64,000 bases of DNA from an uncultured delta proteobacterium. GTDB lineage: Bacteria > Myxococcota_A > UBA9160 > SZUA-336. Location: contig CAVPHD010000008.1 of NCBI GenBank assembly GCA_963704165.1, positions 10,279-74,278 of the forward strand. Direction: 5' to 3'. The translations under genes were made by a program, and so were the position numbers. Under the pieces are notes generated by a model, which was not told the origin of the DNA, did no database searches, and was given only the letters and a program-made list of their open reading frames with translations. Below, piece by piece: positions 49,176 to 58,088 of the stretch (the first letter of the stretch is position 1; the number at the start of each line of letters is the position of its first letter).

Positions 49176-49465
49176 GTCGGTCGAGGCCGAGCCGAGGAGA
49201 CATGAGGGCTCGTTCCTGCGGCACGATCGCAGGCTCGGATGATCGGCCGACGCTCGAGAAGTCGCGGGACGAGCGAGCGGGTGCTCCGGTGAGCCACCGG
49301 GGACGTCAAATCAAAGCCGGGAGGACCGGGGACGGTTTTCCGACGGGCCGGCGCCGAAAAGCGGCGAGTCATCCGCCGCGACGCCGGGATGCACACCGCC
49401 GGAGTTCTCCGGTCGCGATCCTCGATCCGACCGTGTCCAGCATGCCGGCGAATTCGAGGACCGAC
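49176..49465 (+). ncRNA. Candidate structured ncRNA of unknown family
   Basis: Starts 7 nt after -10; 5' GTCGGTCGAGG pairs with CCTCGATCCGAC (49420-49431) or GACCGAC (49459-49465); several internal hairpins. Confidence 0.4.
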
Positions 49466-49529
49466 TCACCGCGCAAGAAAGTCCCGAGGTCGAGCCTCAC
49501 CGCCACCCGCGGCCTCAGTCGCCACGTTC

Positions 49530-52500
49530 TCAGCGGAAGTCGTGCGAGCGCGGCAGGAGCCCGGCCATGGCGTCGCCGTCGAGGCGCTCGAAGCGGCGGG
49601 CGCGGACGTGGATCACGCCGTCCTGATTTTGGACCGGGCCCTCGACGAGCAGGAGGCCGGCGGACTGCACGAGCGCGCGGTGGCGTTGGAACATGTCGGG
49701 GACGACGATCGCGTTCGAGGTGCCGGTCTCGTCCTCGAGGGTGATGAAGAGGAAGCCCTTCGCGCTGCCGGGGCGCTGGCGCACGATCACGGCGCCGGCG
49801 ATGCGCACCCAGGCTCCGTTGCGCGCATCGCGTAGCTCGGCGGCGCTCTTCACGCCGCGCGCGCGCAATCGCTCGCGGAAGTGCGACATCAGGTGCGCGC
49901 CCGTGGTGATGCCCGTGCCGCGGTAGTCCGCGACCGTCTCGTCGAAGCCGGTCATCTCGGTGAGCGGCGAGGGCGCGGTCGAGGTCGCGCCCGAGAGCAG
50001 TCCGCCCTGCAGCGCGGCCACCTGCCAGAGCGCCTCGCGCCGCGCCAGGCCCAGGCTCGCGCAGGCGCCGACCGAGGCGAGCTTCTCGAGCTCGTCGCGG
50101 TGAAGGGCCGCGCGGTGTGAGAGATCGCCGAGCGACGCGTAGGGGGACTGGGCCGCGATCCGCTCACCCGCCTCCTTGCGCAGCCCGTCGACGTAGCGAA
50201 GTCCGAGGCGCACGGAGCTCGGCGTGTCGTCGTCATCGACGTGACAGAGCCAGTCGCTCTTCTGCACGTCGATCGGCAGCGTGCGCACGCCGTGGCGCGC
50301 GGAGTCCTGCACGAGCGTGGCGGGGCTGTAGAAGCCGAGCGGCCAGTGGTTCAGCATGGCGGTGAGAAAGCACGCGGGGTGGTGCGCGCGGATGTACGCC
50401 GACGCGTACGCGAGCAGCGCGAAGCTCGCGGCGTGGCTCTCGGGGAAGCCGTAGAGCGCGAACGACCCGATCTGTTTCACGACCTCGTCCTGCGCCGCGG
50501 GGTTGACTCCGTTCTGTGTCATGCCGTTTCGCAGCTTGGCGACGATCGACGCCATGCGATCGACCGAGCGCTTGAAGCCCATCGCGCGGCGCAGCTCCTC
50601 GGCCTCGCCGCCGGAGAAGCTCGCGATCGCCATCGCCATGCGCAGGAGCTGTTCCTGGAAGAGCGGCACGCCGAGGGTGCGCGCGAGGATCGGCTCGAGC
50701 AGCGGGTGCGCGTACGTCACCGGCTCGCGGCCGGCGCGGCGCTGCAGGTAGGGCTGCACCATCTGGCCCACGATCGGTCCGGGGCGGATGATCGCGACCT
50801 CGACGACCAGGTCGTAGAACGTCTTCGGCTTCATGCGCGGCAGCGTCGCCATCTGCGCGCGGCTCTCGACCTGAAAGACGCCGATCGTGTCGGCCCGCTG
50901 CAGCATCTGGTAGGTCAGCGGGTCGTCGGCGGGAATCTTCGCGAGATCGACGTCGGCGCCGTCGTGCGTGCGCACGAGCGGGATCACGTCCTCGAGCACC
51001 GCCATCATGCCGAGCCCGAGCAGGTCGATCTTGATGATGCCGAGATCCGCGCAGTCGTCCTTGTCCCACTGGATCACGGAGCGGCCCGGCATGCGCGCGG
51101 GCTCGAGCGGGACGACCTCGTCGAGGCGCCCCTGCGCGATCACCATGCCGCCGGAGTGCTGGCCGAGGTGGCGCGGCAGGTTCTGCGTCTCGTGCACGAG
51201 CCGGACCAGGTGGCGCACGCGCGGCGCGTCGGGGTGCACGCCCGACTCGCGGAGCTGCCGCTCGAGCACGTCGTGCTCGTCTTTGAACTCGTGGCGCGAC
51301 ATCAGCTTCGCGAGGCGTTCGATCTGGTCGGGCGCGAGCCCGAGCACCTTGCCCATCTCGCGCACCGCGCTCTTCGCGCGGTAGGTGATCACGTTCGCGG
51401 TCATGCCCGCGCCGTGCGGGCCGTAGCGCCGGTAGACGTACTGGAGGATCTCTTCGCGCCGTTCGCCCGACGGCAGATCGATGTCGATGTCGGGCCACTC
51501 GCCGCGCTCCTCGGACAGGAAGCGCTCGAAGAGCAGCTCGTAGCGCACCGGGTCGATCGCGGTGATGCCGAGCGCGTAACACACGATCGAGTTGGCCGCC
51601 GAGCCGCGCCCCTGGCACAGGATCCCGCGCGCGCGGCACTCGCGCACGATGTCCCAGACGATCAGGAAGTAGCCGTCGAGCGCGAGCCGTCCGATCAGGC
51701 CGAGCTCGTGGTCGAGCTGCGCGCGCGCCTTCTCGGGCACGCGTCCGCCGTAGCGCTCGCGCGCGCCGACGAAGGCGAGCTCGCGCAGCTTTCCCGGCAG
51801 CGTCTCGTCCGCGCCGAGCGGGAAATCCGGGAACGCGTAGCCCAGATCTTCGAGCCGGAACTCGCAGCGCTCCGCGACCGCGAGCGTGTTCGAGAGCGCC
51901 GCGGGCAGGTCGGCGAAGCGCTTCGCGACCTCGGCCGGCGCGTGCACGTGGCGTTCGGCGTTGGGCAGAAGCAGGCGCCCGGCGTCGTCGAGCCTCGCGG
52001 AGCTCGCGATGCAGGTGAACGCGTCGAGCAGCCGCTTGCCCGCCGGCCGCGCGTGGCGCACGTCGCCGGTCGCGAGCGGCGCGATGCCGGTCGCGAGGAG
52101 CCGCCGGTTCGCGCGCTCCTCGTCCGGGTCGCGGTGGCGCCAGAGCTCGCCGTACGCGTCCGCGCCGAAGATCTCGCGGACCGGCTTCGCGAGCCGTGGC
52201 TCGCGCACGACCGCGACGAGCCCGTCCGCGTGCGTGCGGAGCTCTTCCCAGGTGACGCGGCTCTGCGGCTTCGGGCAGCGCGCGTGGCCGAGCGTGAGCA
52301 GGCGACACAGATTGCGGTAGCCCGAGCGGGTCCGGACGAGCAGGGTGACCCGGCCGCCGTCGGGCGGTGGATCGCTCTTCCGCCTAGGCGGCCCTTCGCC
52401 GAGCAGAACCGCGCGTGCGCCGACGATCGCGCGAAGGCCCGAAGCACGCGCGGCGCGCGCGAAGCGCGGCAGACCGTACACGCCGTGCACGTCGGCGAGC

Positions 52501-52619
52501 GCGAACGTGCCGTGGTCCAGCTCGGCCGCGCGCGCGACGAGATCCTCGGGCGCGGAGCTGCCCTCGAGAAAGCTGAAGGCGCTTCTCGCGCCGAGCTCGA
52601 TGAACGGGGGGGAGGGCAC
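49530..52619 (-). CDS. dnaE2: Error-prone DNA polymerase III alpha
   Basis: SAFSFLEGSS, GRGSAANS, PDIDID, PRHLGQHSGG, QWDKDD, YGFPESHA, C-terminal SHDFR. Confidence 0.95.
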   Translation of the reverse strand: MPSPPFIELGARSAFSFLEGSSAPEDLVARAAELDHGTFALADVHGVYGLPRFARAARASGLRAIVGARAVLLGEGPPRRKSDPPPDGGRVTLLVRTRSGYRNLCRLLTLGHARCPKPQSRVTWEELRTHADGLVAVVREPRLAKPVREIFGADAYGELWRHRDPDEERANRRLLATGIAPLATGDVRHARPAGKRLLDAFTCIASSARLDDAGRLLLPNAERHVHAPAEVAKRFADLPAALSNTLAVAERCEFRLEDLGYAFPDFPLGADETLPGKLRELAFVGARERYGGRVPEKARAQLDHELGLIGRLALDGYFLIVWDIVRECRARGILCQGRGSAANSIVCYALGITAIDPVRYELLFERFLSEERGEWPDIDIDLPSGERREEILQYVYRRYGPHGAGMTANVITYRAKSAVREMGKVLGLAPDQIERLAKLMSRHEFKDEHDVLERQLRESGVHPDAPRVRHLVRLVHETQNLPRHLGQHSGGMVIAQGRLDEVVPLEPARMPGRSVIQWDKDDCADLGIIKIDLLGLGMMAVLEDVIPLVRTHDGADVDLAKIPADDPLTYQMLQRADTIGVFQVESRAQMATLPRMKPKTFYDLVVEVAIIRPGPIVGQMVQPYLQRRAGREPVTYAHPLLEPILARTLGVPLFQEQLLRMAMAIASFSGGEAEELRRAMGFKRSVDRMASIVAKLRNGMTQNGVNPAAQDEVVKQIGSFALYGFPESHAASFALLAYASAYIRAHHPACFLTAMLNHWPLGFYSPATLVQDSARHGVRTLPIDVQKSDWLCHVDDDDTPSSVRLGLRYVDGLRKEAGERIAAQSPYASLGDLSHRAALHRDELEKLASVGACASLGLARREALWQVAALQGGLLSGATSTAPSPLTEMTGFDETVADYRGTGITTGAHLMSHFRERLRARGVKSAAELRDARNGAWVRIAGAVIVRQRPGSAKGFLFITLEDETGTSNAIVVPDMFQRHRALVQSAGLLLVEGPVQNQDGVIHVRARRFERLDGDAMAGLLPRSHDFR

Positions 52620-52623
52620 GGCG

Positions 52624-54249
52624 CTAGTCGTAGATCCCGTCGACGAACCAGGAGTCGTCGGGCAGGTTGTGGTACAGGCGGTAGACGCCGCCGTCGGAGA
52701 GCTCGACGTCCCAGTAGTCGCGCGCGAAGCGGGTTTCTCCCCACCACTCGCCGAAGAGGCGCCAGGGTCCGGCGGCGTTTCGCACGCGGCCGCCCTCGGA
52801 GTCGAGCGGGGCGTCGGCGACCAGCGACACGTACACCGGAGGCTCTCCGCCCCGGTCCGGTGGGGCCCGGCGCGCGGGCGGCCGCGCGCCACCCACGACT
52901 TCGCTCGACTTCGTCTCGCTGCGCACCGCGCCTTCGGCGCGGCTTGCTCCGTACACACGAACGCTCTGCGGCGGCCGCACGGCGCGGAGCGCCATGACAC
53001 CGCGCGGTGACAGGGGCTCGTATTCGGACGCGGCGGGCGGATCGCTCCTGCGCTCGTGCGCGATGTGGAATTCGGCGAGCGTGGCGGCGTCGGGCTGGTG
53101 GGTGTCCTGGACGCGGGGCGCGCCGACCTGGCCGGGGCCGCAGAGCGACTCGATGCGCGCGATGGCGATGGCGAGCTCGCCGGGGGAGGGGAGCGGCGGC
53201 AGGAACAGATCGAGCTGCGCGGTCTCGACGCAGTCCGGTGTCGCGACGAGACGCGCGTGAAGCACGGCTTCCGGCGGGGGCTCCGACTCGAGCGACAGAC
53301 GCACGAGCGCGAGCAGCACGTTCGTCTCGAGCGTGGGCGCGGCCAGGCCGAGCTCGCGCGCGAAGAGCGTGCCGCTCTCGAGCCCGAGCTCGAGCCGAAG
53401 CCGGCGCAACGCGAAGCCGCGCACGCGCAGCCGGCGCAGCAGCCGATCGAGCGCGCCGCGCAGGAAGAACGCGAGCGGCTCCAGGTTCGCGATCGGCCAT
53501 TCGGATTCCGCGCTCTCCTCGAAGCGAAGCTCGGGCGGGTGTACACGAAAAGGCGACAGGTCCTCGCCGTTTGCGCGGCGCGCGAGCCGGACGCCCGCTT
53601 CGCCCAGACGCGCGCCGAGCGACGCGCGCGGGAGCCGCGCGAGCTTGCCCAACGTGCGCACACCCCAGCGCGAGAGCCGGTCGGCCAGCTCGCCCGCGGG
53701 CTCGAGCAGGTCGAGCGGGAGCGGCACGAGAAAGCTCGCGGCCTCTTCGGCGCGCAGGATGCGCCCGCCCTCGCGGTGGCGCGCCGCGAGCTCCGCGACC
53801 GTGCGTGTCGGCCCGATGCCGAGCCGCGCGCTCGCCGGTCCGATCCCCGCGAGCCCGACGTCCGCGAGCCGCGCGTCGAGCGCGGTCAGCAGTCCCCGCT
53901 CGCTGCGAAACAGCGCCTGGGTTCCGGCGAGGTCGATGAAGACGAGGCCGGTCCGGGCGCGCATCACGCGCGGCGAGATCGAGCTCGAAACGTCGGCGAG
54001 CGCGTGCTCCGCCGAGCGCATGGCTTCGAGCGAGAACGCGCGCACGATCAGGTCCGGCTCCGACGCGCGCGCCTGCGCGACCGAGAGCCCGCGCAGAAAT
54101 CCCGCGACGATCGCCGGGCTCCGCTGCGAGCGGCCCGAGCGATCCGGGGGCTCGACGATCGCCACGCGCCGCCCCGCGAGCTCCGGCTCCGCGCGCAACG
54201 CGGCGGCGAGCGGAAGATCGGGAACCCAGAGACAGGCAAAGCGATCCAC
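52624..54249 (-). CDS. imuB: ImuB Y-family polymerase-like protein
   Basis: Degenerate Y-family fold, QLDLF clamp motif, GPWRLFGEWW...RDYWDV..SDG.VYRLY...WFVDGIYD; upstream of dnaE2. Confidence 0.85.
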   Translation of the reverse strand: MDRFACLWVPDLPLAAALRAEPELAGRRVAIVEPPDRSGRSQRSPAIVAGFLRGLSVAQARASEPDLIVRAFSLEAMRSAEHALADVSSSISPRVMRARTGLVFIDLAGTQALFRSERGLLTALDARLADVGLAGIGPASARLGIGPTRTVAELAARHREGGRILRAEEAASFLVPLPLDLLEPAGELADRLSRWGVRTLGKLARLPRASLGARLGEAGVRLARRANGEDLSPFRVHPPELRFEESAESEWPIANLEPLAFFLRGALDRLLRRLRVRGFALRRLRLELGLESGTLFARELGLAAPTLETNVLLALVRLSLESEPPPEAVLHARLVATPDCVETAQLDLFLPPLPSPGELAIAIARIESLCGPGQVGAPRVQDTHQPDAATLAEFHIAHERRSDPPAASEYEPLSPRGVMALRAVRPPQSVRVYGASRAEGAVRSETKSSEVVGGARPPARRAPPDRGGEPPVYVSLVADAPLDSEGGRVRNAAGPWRLFGEWWGETRFARDYWDVELSDGGVYRLYHNLPDDSWFVDGIYD

Positions 54250-54294
54250 GGAACCCAGGCCCTCGTCCCCGTCTCACGCTCCCCAGCGCAGTCG

Positions 54295-54324
54295 ATTTTC
54301 GCCTTATCTTCGCCTTCGGGTCAA
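54295..54324 (-). promoter_or_regulatory. Putative imuB promoter with direct-repeat operator
   Basis: Minus strand TTGACC-CG-AAGGCGAA-GAT-AAGGCGAA-AAT: 8-bp direct repeat with 11-bp period just after a -35-like hexamer. Confidence 0.5.
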
Positions 54325-54340
54325 GTCCCTCTCTTAAGAG

Positions 54341-55297
54341 CTAAGGGTCGAGCGGGCTGCGCACCCCGCGTCCGCCGCGGTTCAGCACGTGCGTGTAGAT
54401 CATGGTCGTCTTCACGTCGCGGTGGCCGAGCAGCTCCTGCACGGTGCGGATGTCGTAGCCCGCAACCAGAAGGTGTGTCGCAAAACTGTGTCGGAGCGTG
54501 TGGCAGCTCGCGGGCTTCGCGATTCCCGCCGCGCGAACTCCACGCTTCACCGCGCGCTGCACGACCGTCTCGTGCAGGTGGTGGCGCCGCTCGATGTCCG
54601 ACTCCGGATCGCGGAAGCGCCGGCTCGCGGGGAAGACCCACTGCCAGCCCCATTCGCGCGGCGCGCCCGGGTACTTCCGCGCGAGCGCGTCGGGAAGCGC
54701 GACGGCGCCGGATCCCGATGCCAGGTCCTTCGAATGCAGCGCGCGGGCGTGCGCGAGCTGCGCGCGAAGATCCGCCACGAGCGATCGCGGCAGCATCGTC
54801 ACGCGGTCCTTCCGTCCCTTGCCGTCGCGCACCGTGATCTCGCCGCGCTCGAACTCGAGATCCTTCACCCGCAGCCGCAGACACTCGAGCAGCCGCAGAC
54901 CCGCGCCGTAGAGCAGCGCGGCGACCAGACGCGACTCACCCGCGAGCGTCGCGAGCAGCGCCCGGACCTCGGCCTCTGTGAGCACGACCGGCAGGCGCGC
55001 CGGCATTCGCGCGCGAACCAGATCGTGAAGCTCGAGCTCGAGCGCCGGCGCGTCGAGAACGTTGCGGTACAGGAAGACGAGCGCCGCCAGCGCCTGGTTC
55101 TGCGTCGACGCCGCGACCCGACCGGCGACCGCGAGATGGGAGAGGAACGCGCTGACCTCGGCCGCGCCCATCGCGCTCGGGTGTCGCTTCCCGTGGAAGA
55201 GCACGAAGCGCTTCACCCACTGCGCGTACGCCTGCTCCGTGCGCCGGCTGTAGTGACGGACTCGACACGCCTCGCGCACCCGGTCGAGCAGCCGCAC
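54341..55297 (-). CDS. intI: Integron integrase
   Basis: [36 protein letters not shown], IntI-specific insert ([16 protein letters not shown]), [21 protein letters not shown]; start uncertain. Confidence 0.96.
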   Translation of the reverse strand: MRLLDRVREACRVRHYSRRTEQAYAQWVKRFVLFHGKRHPSAMGAAEVSAFLSHLAVAGRVAASTQNQALAALVFLYRNVLDAPALELELHDLVRARMPARLPVVLTEAEVRALLATLAGESRLVAALLYGAGLRLLECLRLRVKDLEFERGEITVRDGKGRKDRVTMLPRSLVADLRAQLAHARALHSKDLASGSGAVALPDALARKYPGAPREWGWQWVFPASRRFRDPESDIERRHHLHETVVQRAVKRGVRAAGIAKPASCHTLRHSFATHLLVAGYDIRTVQELLGHRDVKTTMIYTHVLNRGGRGVRSPLDP

Positions 55298-55591
55298 CTG
55301 CCGCTCCGAGCCCGCTCTGCCCCGCCCGCTCGTCCCGCCCACCTGAGGTCTCCCCGCGCGTGACGGACCGCAGAGCCGACGTCCCGAAGGCGCGACCGCG
55401 ACCCGACGCACGCACTCTCGAGGGGCGAGAGACGAGAGCGAGAACCGAGCGCCCCGCAGCGCAGGCCACTCGTCGCCCGATCCTAGCGACATCCCCGAGC
55501 CCCCGGCAGTCACCGCCCACATCGCGCTCGCGCAAGTGTTACCGAGGCGCCACGTTCCGACGAAGGAGCTGAGCAGGGACGGAGACTTTGG

Positions 55592-55620
55592 TTGACGAGG
55601 CCGCTGCCGCGCGAAATGAT
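55592..55620 (+). promoter_or_regulatory. Putative cassette promoter Pc
   Basis: TTGACG-17 nt-AATGAT oriented toward the array, about 40 nt before the crossover. Confidence 0.5.
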
Positions 55621-55644
55621 ACCGAGGCGCCGGTCAGGGTGTCC

Positions 55645-55668
55645 GGTGCAGCACAATATTTGTTAGGC
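55645..55668 (+). other. attI recombination site (crossover G|TTAGGC at 55662)
   Basis: GTTRRRY core preceded by AT-rich CAATATTT, between divergent intI and first cassette; complementary GCCTAA at end of cassette 1. Confidence 0.75.
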
Positions 55669-55685
55669 AGCACGCCACGCCCCGG

Positions 55686-55714
55686 TTGCTTGCTTGTATA
55701 TACAGATGTATGCT
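55686..55714 (+). promoter_or_regulatory. TA-cassette internal promoter with palindromic operator
   Basis: TTGCTT-17 nt-TATGCT enclosing palindrome TGTATATACA (55695-55704); GTG start 7 nt downstream, suggesting a leaderless mRNA. Confidence 0.6.
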
Positions 55715-55720
55715 TGCGGG

Positions 55721-56011
55721 GTGCGCTTCGCGTGGGATCTCCGCAAGAGTGCAGAGAACCTACGAGTGCGCGGATTCGACTTCGAATTCGCGACCCTGGT
55801 CTTCGAGGGTGCCACGCTGGAGCGTCAAGACGAACGCCGGGACTACGGAGAGCATCGAGTTGTCGCGATCGGATTGGCTCAGGGGCTCGCGCTCACCGTC
55901 GTCTACACAGATCGGGTCGAGGCCGGCGTTGCAGTTCGTAGAATCATCTCGGCTCGGATGAGCAATCGCCATGAACGCCAAGCGTACTTCGAAGCGCTCG
56001 CGCAAGAGTGA
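55721..56011 (+). CDS. brnT: BrnT family toxin (cassette 1)
   Basis: FAWDLRKSAENLRVRGFDF, DYGEHR, VVYTDR, RIISAR. Confidence 0.9.
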   Translation: MRFAWDLRKSAENLRVRGFDFEFATLVFEGATLERQDERRDYGEHRVVAIGLAQGLALTVVYTDRVEAGVAVRRIISARMSNRHERQAYFEALAQE

Positions 56012-56282
56012 GAAGCCCCGTCGGGGTAGAGCGAACCTAGCCCGTCTCCGCAAAGCGACGGAGCGGACGATTCGGCGAAGTTCTCCACCGGAACTTGCCG
56101 ATCTTCCGGCCGACTTCTTCGAGTCGGCGTCGATCGTTCATCCCGCGCCGAAGCAGCCGATCTCGCTGCGTGTCGATGAGGACGTTCTGAAGTGGTTCAA
56201 AGCACAGGGACCCAGATATCAGTCGCGAATCAACGCGGTGCTCCGCGCCTACATGGCAGCGATTCAAAAGGGTGCTGCCTAA
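55971..56282 (+). CDS. brnA: BrnA family antitoxin (cassette 1)
   Basis: KQPISLRVDEDVLKWFK..G.RYQSRINAVLRAY. Confidence 0.9.
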   Translation: MNAKRTSKRSRKSEKPRRGRANLARLRKATERTIRRSSPPELADLPADFFESASIVHPAPKQPISLRVDEDVLKWFKAQGPRYQSRINAVLRAYMAAIQKGAA

Positions 56283-56294
56283 TATCTGTTGGGC
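56271..56294 (+). other. Second attI-like site replacing the attC of cassette 1
   Basis: GGTGCTGCCTAATATCTGTTGGGC, 19/24 identical to attI 55645-55668. Confidence 0.65.
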
Positions 56295-56309
56295 GGACAG
56301 AGAATCCTG

Positions 56310-56474
56310 ATGAGCGATCCCGTGATGAGCGACGGAGACAAGCAGCTCTTCACGATGTTCGCCGTCGCCTTCCTCGTACTTCAGATTGCGAAGTACTTCT
56401 TCCGCCCTCGAGCCAAGCCTAGTGCTTCGGACGCCAAGACAAAGCAAAGCGCCCAGGTCGACCACGACGAGTGA
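56310..56474 (+). CDS. Small single-TM hypothetical protein (cassette 2)
   Basis: Only plausible ORF in cassette 2; one hydrophobic helix. Confidence 0.45.
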   Translation: MSDPVMSDGDKQLFTMFAVAFLVLQIAKYFFRPRAKPSASDAKTKQSAQVDHDE

Positions 56475-56596
56475 GCGCGACCACTACCTTCACCCCGACA
56501 CGGTAACGGCGGACGTGCCCCAGACCTGTCCGCCTACGGTGCTCAGTCGACACACACCTATCTGAGGAGACGCATGAGCTGGATCCACCCTGTGCC

Positions 56597-56729
56597 GCCC
56601 AACAAGGGCTTGCAGCTGCCGAGCGCCCGCTTTGGTCTGTCCACCACCGGGAGCGTCTGGCATCATACGGTGTAGGTTCAATCAACAACGCGGCGCGGGC
56701 TCTCGCAGCTGAAGCCCAAGTCGTTAGGC
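56597..56729 (+). repeat. attC site (133 bp), cassette 2
   Basis: R'' GCCCAAC, L'' GCTTGCAGCTG / L' CAGCTGAAGC with extrahelical G, R' GTTAGGC. Confidence 0.9.
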
Positions 56730-56768
56730 CGCACAAGCCACCATTAATTGCTCTCGGAGGGCGTCCGA

Positions 56769-57170
56769 ATGCAGAACCCCCAATCGATCAAGCGCCCGCT
56801 GCGGGCACATGATGTCTCAGCCGAGATCTGGTACGCCGGGACGGACCGCGAGATTCGTGGCCGAGCACTCTGCGATGTTGGAGGCAAGGCCAAGGTCGGC
56901 GTTGGCTTGATGGAACTTCCCCCAGGCTCGAACACGAAACCAAGCCATTGGCACTCTCACGAGGAAGAACACCTTTACGCGCTATCTGGCTCAGCAGTCC
57001 TTCACCTCGGCACGGAGCAGCACCAATTGGCAAGCGGTTCATACGTCTGCTTCCCAGCAAACCAAGCGGCTGGGCACCATCTCGAAAATCTGGGCCCCGA
57101 GGCTTTCGTGTACCTCATCGTGGGTGAACGTATCTCCGATGACAAAGTCACTTACCCGAGTGCGGCCTAA
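56769..57170 (+). CDS. Cupin-domain protein (cassette 3)
   Basis: LPPGS...HWHSHEEEHLYALSG, FPAN..AGHHLEN; stop lies within R'' GCCTAAC. Confidence 0.88.
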   Translation: MQNPQSIKRPLRAHDVSAEIWYAGTDREIRGRALCDVGGKAKVGVGLMELPPGSNTKPSHWHSHEEEHLYALSGSAVLHLGTEQHQLASGSYVCFPANQAAGHHLENLGPEAFVYLIVGERISDDKVTYPSAA

Positions 57171-57188
57171 CCCCTCGCTCAAGCGGAG
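57165..57188 (+). repeat. Left arm of cassette-3 attC, truncated by IS3
   Basis: GCCTAAC-CCCTC-GCTCAAGCGGAG, then IS terminus. Confidence 0.75.
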
Positions 57189-57218
57189 TGATCTTCCCCG
57201 GGTAAAGTGGACACGGGG

Positions 57219-58088
57219 TTAAGAGACTGAGACAGTCGGGATCTTCTCATAGTCCTCCGGTGACTTGTAGCCGAGTGTCGAGTGCAGGCGCGTTCGGTTG
57301 TAGAAGCCTTCGATGAACTCGAAGATCGCGGCGCGTGCTTGCTCCCGCGTTCGATAGTGCTCGTGGTACACGAGCTCGGTCTTGAGCGTGTGGAAGAAGC
57401 TCTCCGCGACGGCGTTGTCGAGGCAGTTGCCCGGTCGGCTCATGCTGCACACGATTCCGTGTCGATCGAGCAGCTCTTGGTAGGACGCCGAGGCGTACTG
57501 ACCGCCCCGATCCGAGTGATGCACGAGTCCCGGCGCGGGCCGCCGGCGCGCGAGGGCCATTCCGAGTGCGTCGAGCGCGATCGCCTTCGCGACGCTCGCA
57601 TTCATTGCCCAGCCCACGATGCGGCGCGAGAAGAGATCGATCACGATCGCCAGGTGCAGCCAGCCTTCCCCCGTGCGAACGATCGTGATGTCGGCCGCCC
57701 AAACTTGGTCCTTCCGATCCGCGTGGAAGCGTCGTTCGAGCACGTTCGGAGCGGACGGCATCTCCTCTCGCTTGGTTGCAATCGCGCGAAAGCGACGCTT
57801 GGTCTTCGAGCGGATTCCCTCGTCGTGCATGAGCCGCGCGACTCGATGGCGTCCGCAGGCGACGCCTTGCTTGCAAAGCGCGGCGTAGACACGCGGCGAG
57901 CCGTAGATCGCAGGACTGCGCGCGTTGATCCTTCGAATCCGCTCGGTGAGCGCAGGGTTCTCATGCTCGCGCACGCTCCGAGGCCGACACCGCCACGCGT
58001 AGTAGCCGCTGCGGGAGACCTCGAGGACCGCGCACATCACGCCTACTCGGGAAGTCCCCCGATGCTCCTGGACGAACCGGAACTTCAT
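57219..58088 (-). CDS. IS3 OrfB DDE transposase
   Basis: WAADIT, HHSDRGGQY, DNAVAESFF..LK.E, YNRTRLHSTLGY. Confidence 0.95.
   Translation of the reverse strand: MKFRFVQEHRGTSRVGVMCAVLEVSRSGYYAWRCRPRSVREHENPALTERIRRINARSPAIYGSPRVYAALCKQGVACGRHRVARLMHDEGIRSKTKRRFRAIATKREEMPSAPNVLERRFHADRKDQVWAADITIVRTGEGWLHLAIVIDLFSRRIVGWAMNASVAKAIALDALGMALARRRPAPGLVHHSDRGGQYASASYQELLDRHGIVCSMSRPGNCLDNAVAESFFHTLKTELVYHEHYRTREQARAAIFEFIEGFYNRTRLHSTLGYKSPEDYEKIPTVSVS

Noticed and set aside
49176..49500. Identification as RNase P, tmRNA, SRP or 6S RNA
   Set aside because: Lacks a proper GAGGAAAGTCC P4 pair, tRNA-like ends and the SRP GGAA/AGCAG loop; left as unknown.
49202..49744. 180-aa ORF with GAGGAG upstream
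   Set aside because: Arg/Ser/Gly-rich sequence with no recognisable motif, overlapping dnaE2 antisense; a short peptide cannot be fully excluded.
55693..55705. E. coli-type LexA box at the TA promoter
   Set aside because: Does not fit CTGT-N8-ACAG; the palindrome is better explained as the antitoxin operator.
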